51,156 bases of DNA, from assembly GCA_023271215.1 (NCBI GenBank), contig JALPYG010000001.1, positions 1 to 51,156 of the forward strand, in the 5' to 3' direction. Made by a program: the position numbers and the translations under genes. How positions within the stretch are numbered: the first letter of the stretch is position 1; every line of letters starts with the position of its first letter. The stretch comes from Dehalococcoidia bacterium. GTDB lineage: Bacteria > Chloroflexota > Dehalococcoidia > SZUA-161 > SpSt-899. The notes beneath the pieces are model-generated. The model ran no database searches, was not told the origin of the DNA, and was given only the letters and a program-made list of their open reading frames with translations. Positions 48,401 through 51,156 of this stretch are shown here, one piece after another.

Positions 48401-48706
48401 TAACAAAACGCCCTTTTGTTCAATGAGACAACAAACCAGTAAGTTACCCGACTCAACTCAGATCTGACACAGTGAAACAGGTTACCGAGAAGGTGAGAAC
48501 CATAATAAAGCGACAATCGTCGGTGGCCCAGGGGGTGGTCAACTTGGATGAAGAACACCTGGGTCAATAACAGGGCCGACCAGGAATCGGCATCGCTGAA
48601 TGTTTATTTCAGCGCAGTCGGCCACCTGATGATTCCTCATATTTCTTGAGGTCATCTGTAGTGGAGATAGCGAATAGCGGAATCCCCGTCCGTGTGCATG
48701 CCAGTG

Positions 48707-49186
48707 TTAGCCCTCTGGTCGTCTTCTCAGTTCAAGTTCCCAGTAAACAACATCTGGGAGTGGATTGCTATAATATCGGTCGATCCTTTTGAAGTCCAGG
48801 GACTCGTATAGCCTCATCGCTTCGGTAAGGATATGAAGTGTGTCAAGCCGCATTCGACTATAGCCGATCCGGGCAGCTTCTTCGATTATTCTCTGGGCGA
48901 GCAGCTTGCCGAGACCACGTCCCCTGTGTTGAGGTCTGACAAAGAGCCGTTTCATCTCGCAGACATCGTCTTCCAACTCCTTGACGGCAACGCACCCCAT
49001 CACATCTTGTCCCTCTACAGCCATTAGGAGCGCTCCTTTTGGGGGAGCGTATTTGCCAGGAAGTCTGACGAGTTCTTCCTCAAAATTCTGGAAGCATAAG
49101 TCGACGTTGAGGAACTTCTCGTACTCGCGGAATAGTTGACGTATTTCAGCTAATTCCTCCGCTGTCTTTGCATGGATGATTTCCAC
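48707..49186 (-). CDS. GNAT-family N-acetyltransferase
   Basis: LFVRPQHRGRGLGKLLAQRIIEEA is the acetyl-CoA motif A (Q/RxxGxG/A). Confidence 0.85.
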   Translation of the reverse strand: MEIIHAKTAEELAEIRQLFREYEKFLNVDLCFQNFEEELVRLPGKYAPPKGALLMAVEGQDVMGCVAVKELEDDVCEMKRLFVRPQHRGRGLGKLLAQRIIEEAARIGYSRMRLDTLHILTEAMRLYESLDFKRIDRYYSNPLPDVVYWELELRRRPEG

Positions 49187-49360
49187 CGTAATCCTCTTGC
49201 GCTAACGTCTGCGCATAACCTGCGCCCCGCCGAATCATTGCCTAAAGCTTACTTCCGACCGGAGACACCCCACCGATAAAAAGCGACGATTGGGCGTCAG
49301 GTTAATGCGCATTGTTAGGCCGTTTGCCCAGTAACTACAGTCACCTGCTCCTCCAGGGTT

Positions 49361-50063
49361 TCAATGCGTAGAAGTCGAAGCAGGCTTGACGAGTCGTCCA
49401 ACCGCGACCGTCAAACGCTCTTGCGTCTCTTCATCGAACCACTGTGCCACAATTTCGTCCATATGGCTTTTATCCAGGCTTTGCATGCTTTCAGCGACAG
49501 CCCCACGTAGATAGCGTTTAAGGCGCTGATATCCTGCAGGAGGCTTGCTGCCCAAAAGGTGCGCCTTTTCGAGTGCTCGGTCTAGAATAGCATCCGGCTC
49601 GACGACCTCGTCAACCAACCCAATAGCGAGAGCTTGCTGAGGGGAATGGGTCTCCCCGCCCAGCAACACCTTGTTGGCCAAATGGCCGCCGAGGACGTAC
49701 CGGACCATCTCCACGGTTCCCGCAGGCGCCGCTAGGCCGATGTCGATTTCCATCAGCCCAATCTTGAAGGGTCCGTCGACCATGAGGCGGTAGTCGCCGG
49801 CCAGCGCCATGATGCATCCCCCAGCGAGAGCATGACCGTTTAAAGCGTACACCTCCGGTTTGGGATATACGAACTTGCGGTGAAGGAGGGCAGTCATTTC
49901 TTCGAAGAAGTGGCGTACCTCAGAACGGGAATATCCCATAAGCGTTGGCAGGTCAACGCCGGGAGAGAACATGGTCTTGTGAGAGGATGTCACCACAAGA
50001 CCACGAATCGCATCATCCTGCTCGATAAAAAATGCCTACATCTTCAATACGCTCGAGCTTCAT
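49361..50063 (-). pseudogene. enoyl-CoA hydratase/isomerase (crotonase) family gene, frameshifted and internally deleted near the 5' end
   Basis: AAGGAGG plus ATG 50063 give MKLERIEDVGIFYRAG*. The family-like frame (FIEQDDAIRGLVVTS...GHALAGGCIMALAGDYR) resumes one frame over, at a T6 run near 50025-50030. About 25-30 aa that are normally present between these parts are absent. Confidence 0.65.
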
Positions 50064-50219
50064 GCTTACACCTCCTTTCATCTCTTACTATGACGTCTTC
50101 GTCCACACACTTTAACGGCATAACGACCAAGCTCAGCCGCCGCTAACAGTATGGGGCACTATGCTAGAAAATGCAACAAGATCGTTTGCGAAGCAGGGCC
50201 TTGGTAATTAAACGACGCT

Positions 50220-51156
50220 GTTAGCGGTCGGCTTCCGGCTAGAGCCAGCGGTTTCCCGACCAGCCCCCCCACAGACCCGGACGTGAGCAATTAACTCATC
50301 CGGTTCCTCGGTAACTAGAGCCTCGGCACAACTCTAGCGCATAACTTTGCTGCCCTGCAGGCTTCTCAGATGTAATAGACGATTTTGGGCTTGGGAAGCA
50401 GGTAGCTCAATTGCATCCGCTCGGATTTTTCCCACGATATGGCGCTCTTGTGACTGCGTCTGCTCAGCCAGTACCGCCACGTTTTCTCGGCGTGCTCGAA
50501 GACTACCTCCAGCATTCGATAGTTACCCCTGATGCCGTAGTATTGAAAGTGTCCTCGTAGCTTTTGGCTCAGTTCCTTGAACTGCTCTTTCAGCGGCATG
50601 TGGCGATTTCGTTCGCACCACCGCCATATCGCCTTCATCGTGCGTCGCATTCGTTTCCTGGCCGTCTCCCGCTTGATGACCCAATATCCCCGGCGTGACT
50701 TGGCCCAGTAGTGGGTGAATCCGAGAAAGTCAAATGTGCCGTTCCCACTCGCCCCCTCTTTCCTAGAGTTTGGCTTCCCGAACCGCACCAGCGCCGTCTT
50801 CTCAGGATGAATGGTCAGCCCGTAGCAGGCAAACCGCTTCGGTAGCACTTCCATCACCCGTCGGGCGTCTTCTTCCCGCTCGCATCCGATAATAAGGTCA
50901 TCGGCAAAACGAATCAGAAAGCTTCGGCCTTTCAACCTGGGCTTTATCTGTTGCTCATACCATTCATCCAGTACCTGATGCAGAAATATATTCGCTAACA
51001 TCGGGGAAATTACCCCACCTTGCGGTGTGCCTTTTTCTGGGTGGGTTAACGTTTCCCCTTCCAGCTCCCCTTCCAGCACGCCAGCGTTGAGGAATTTCCC
51101 GATGAGGCGAATTATCCCCCCATCATTGACCCGCCGCTTGATAATCTCTCGCAGCT
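50220..51156 (-). mobile_element. group II intron, 3' part (5' part lies beyond the window)
   Basis: RT/maturase ORF plus a domain V-like hairpin at 50274-50306 (minus strand GAACCGGAUGAG...CUCACGUCCGGGUC with an AC bulge). A domain VI-like helix follows. The 3' boundary is approximate. Confidence 0.75.
50366..51156 (-). CDS. group II intron reverse transcriptase/maturase, N-terminally truncated by window edge
   Basis: GTPQGGVISPMLANIFLH (RT block 4), IRFADDLIIG (block 5, YADD-type), FDFLGFTHYW, and a maturase X-like C-terminus. The frame is open to nt 51156. Confidence 0.85.
   Translation of the reverse strand, partial: LREIIKRRVNDGGIIRLIGKFLNAGVLEGELEGETLTHPEKGTPQGGVISPMLANIFLHQVLDEWYEQQIKPRLKGRSFLIRFADDLIIGCEREEDARRVMEVLPKRFACYGLTIHPEKTALVRFGKPNSRKEGASGNGTFDFLGFTHYWAKSRRGYWVIKRETARKRMRRTMKAIWRWCERNRHMPLKEQFKELSQKLRGHFQYYGIRGNYRMLEVVFEHAEKTWRYWLSRRSHKSAISWEKSERMQLSYLLPKPKIVYYI

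Noticed and set aside
12054-51156. Diversity-generating retroelement linking the reverse transcriptase at the window end to the repeat-rich giant protein
   Set aside because: The RT has group II intron hallmarks (maturase X-like C-terminus, and domain V/VI hairpins downstream). It lies more than 32 kb away on the other strand, outside the element. I saw no template/variable repeat pair with adenine-specific differences.

Overview
The window has two contrasting parts. Part 1 (nt 1 to ~39,470) is a densely packed, almost entirely plus-strand gene array with strong AGGAGG ribosome-binding sites and many ATGA stop/start overlaps. It reads as an integrated or integrative virus-like mobile element whose left end is cut by the window. 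It encodes a Gp37/Gp68-family protein, many tiny CxxC zinc-ribbon proteins, a sigma-region-4-like HTH protein, a J-domain protein, an AAA+ ATPase and a C2H2 zinc-finger protein. It also encodes a set of tail-anchored proteins with methionine-rich C-terminal helices, a coiled-coil fibre with 105-bp repeats, and a 1867-aa protein made of a propeller-like domain plus 16 FN3-like repeats. Further genes are a subtilisin-like S8 protease, CARDB-like and discoidin-like beta-sandwich proteins, a minimal tyrosine recombinase with a zinc-ribbon insert, a GHKL-ATPase/HExxH protein interrupted by a LAGLIDADG intein, and a DnaN-like clamp. It ends with a 5.7-kb array of small genes, each preceded by copies of a conserved leader cassette. 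By eye I could not recognise terminase, portal, HK97-type capsid or tail genes. Part 2 (~39.5 to 51.2 kb) is minus-strand and looks chromosomal. It holds a transposase N-terminal remnant, an AT-rich orphan gene, cupins, pyrE, pyrF, a 1537-aa HTH/PRTase-like/AdoHcy-hydrolase-like fusion protein with a near-consensus sigma70 promoter, a GNAT acetyltransferase, a degraded enoyl-CoA hydratase and a partial group II intron. The intrinsic terminators, the sigma70-type promoter and the SD usage point to a bacterial host. The most unusual signals are: (a) the Met-rich C-terminal anchor family around the S8 protease; (b) a 0.9-kb C-depleted repeat region carrying about 18 SD-like CAAAGGCGG cores; (c) the repeated start-associated leader cassette, one box of which reappears upstream of the giant regulator-like gene outside the element; and (d) that giant fusion protein, which appears to be co-transcribed with pyrF/pyrE. 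All domain calls come from reading the translations, not from database searches.
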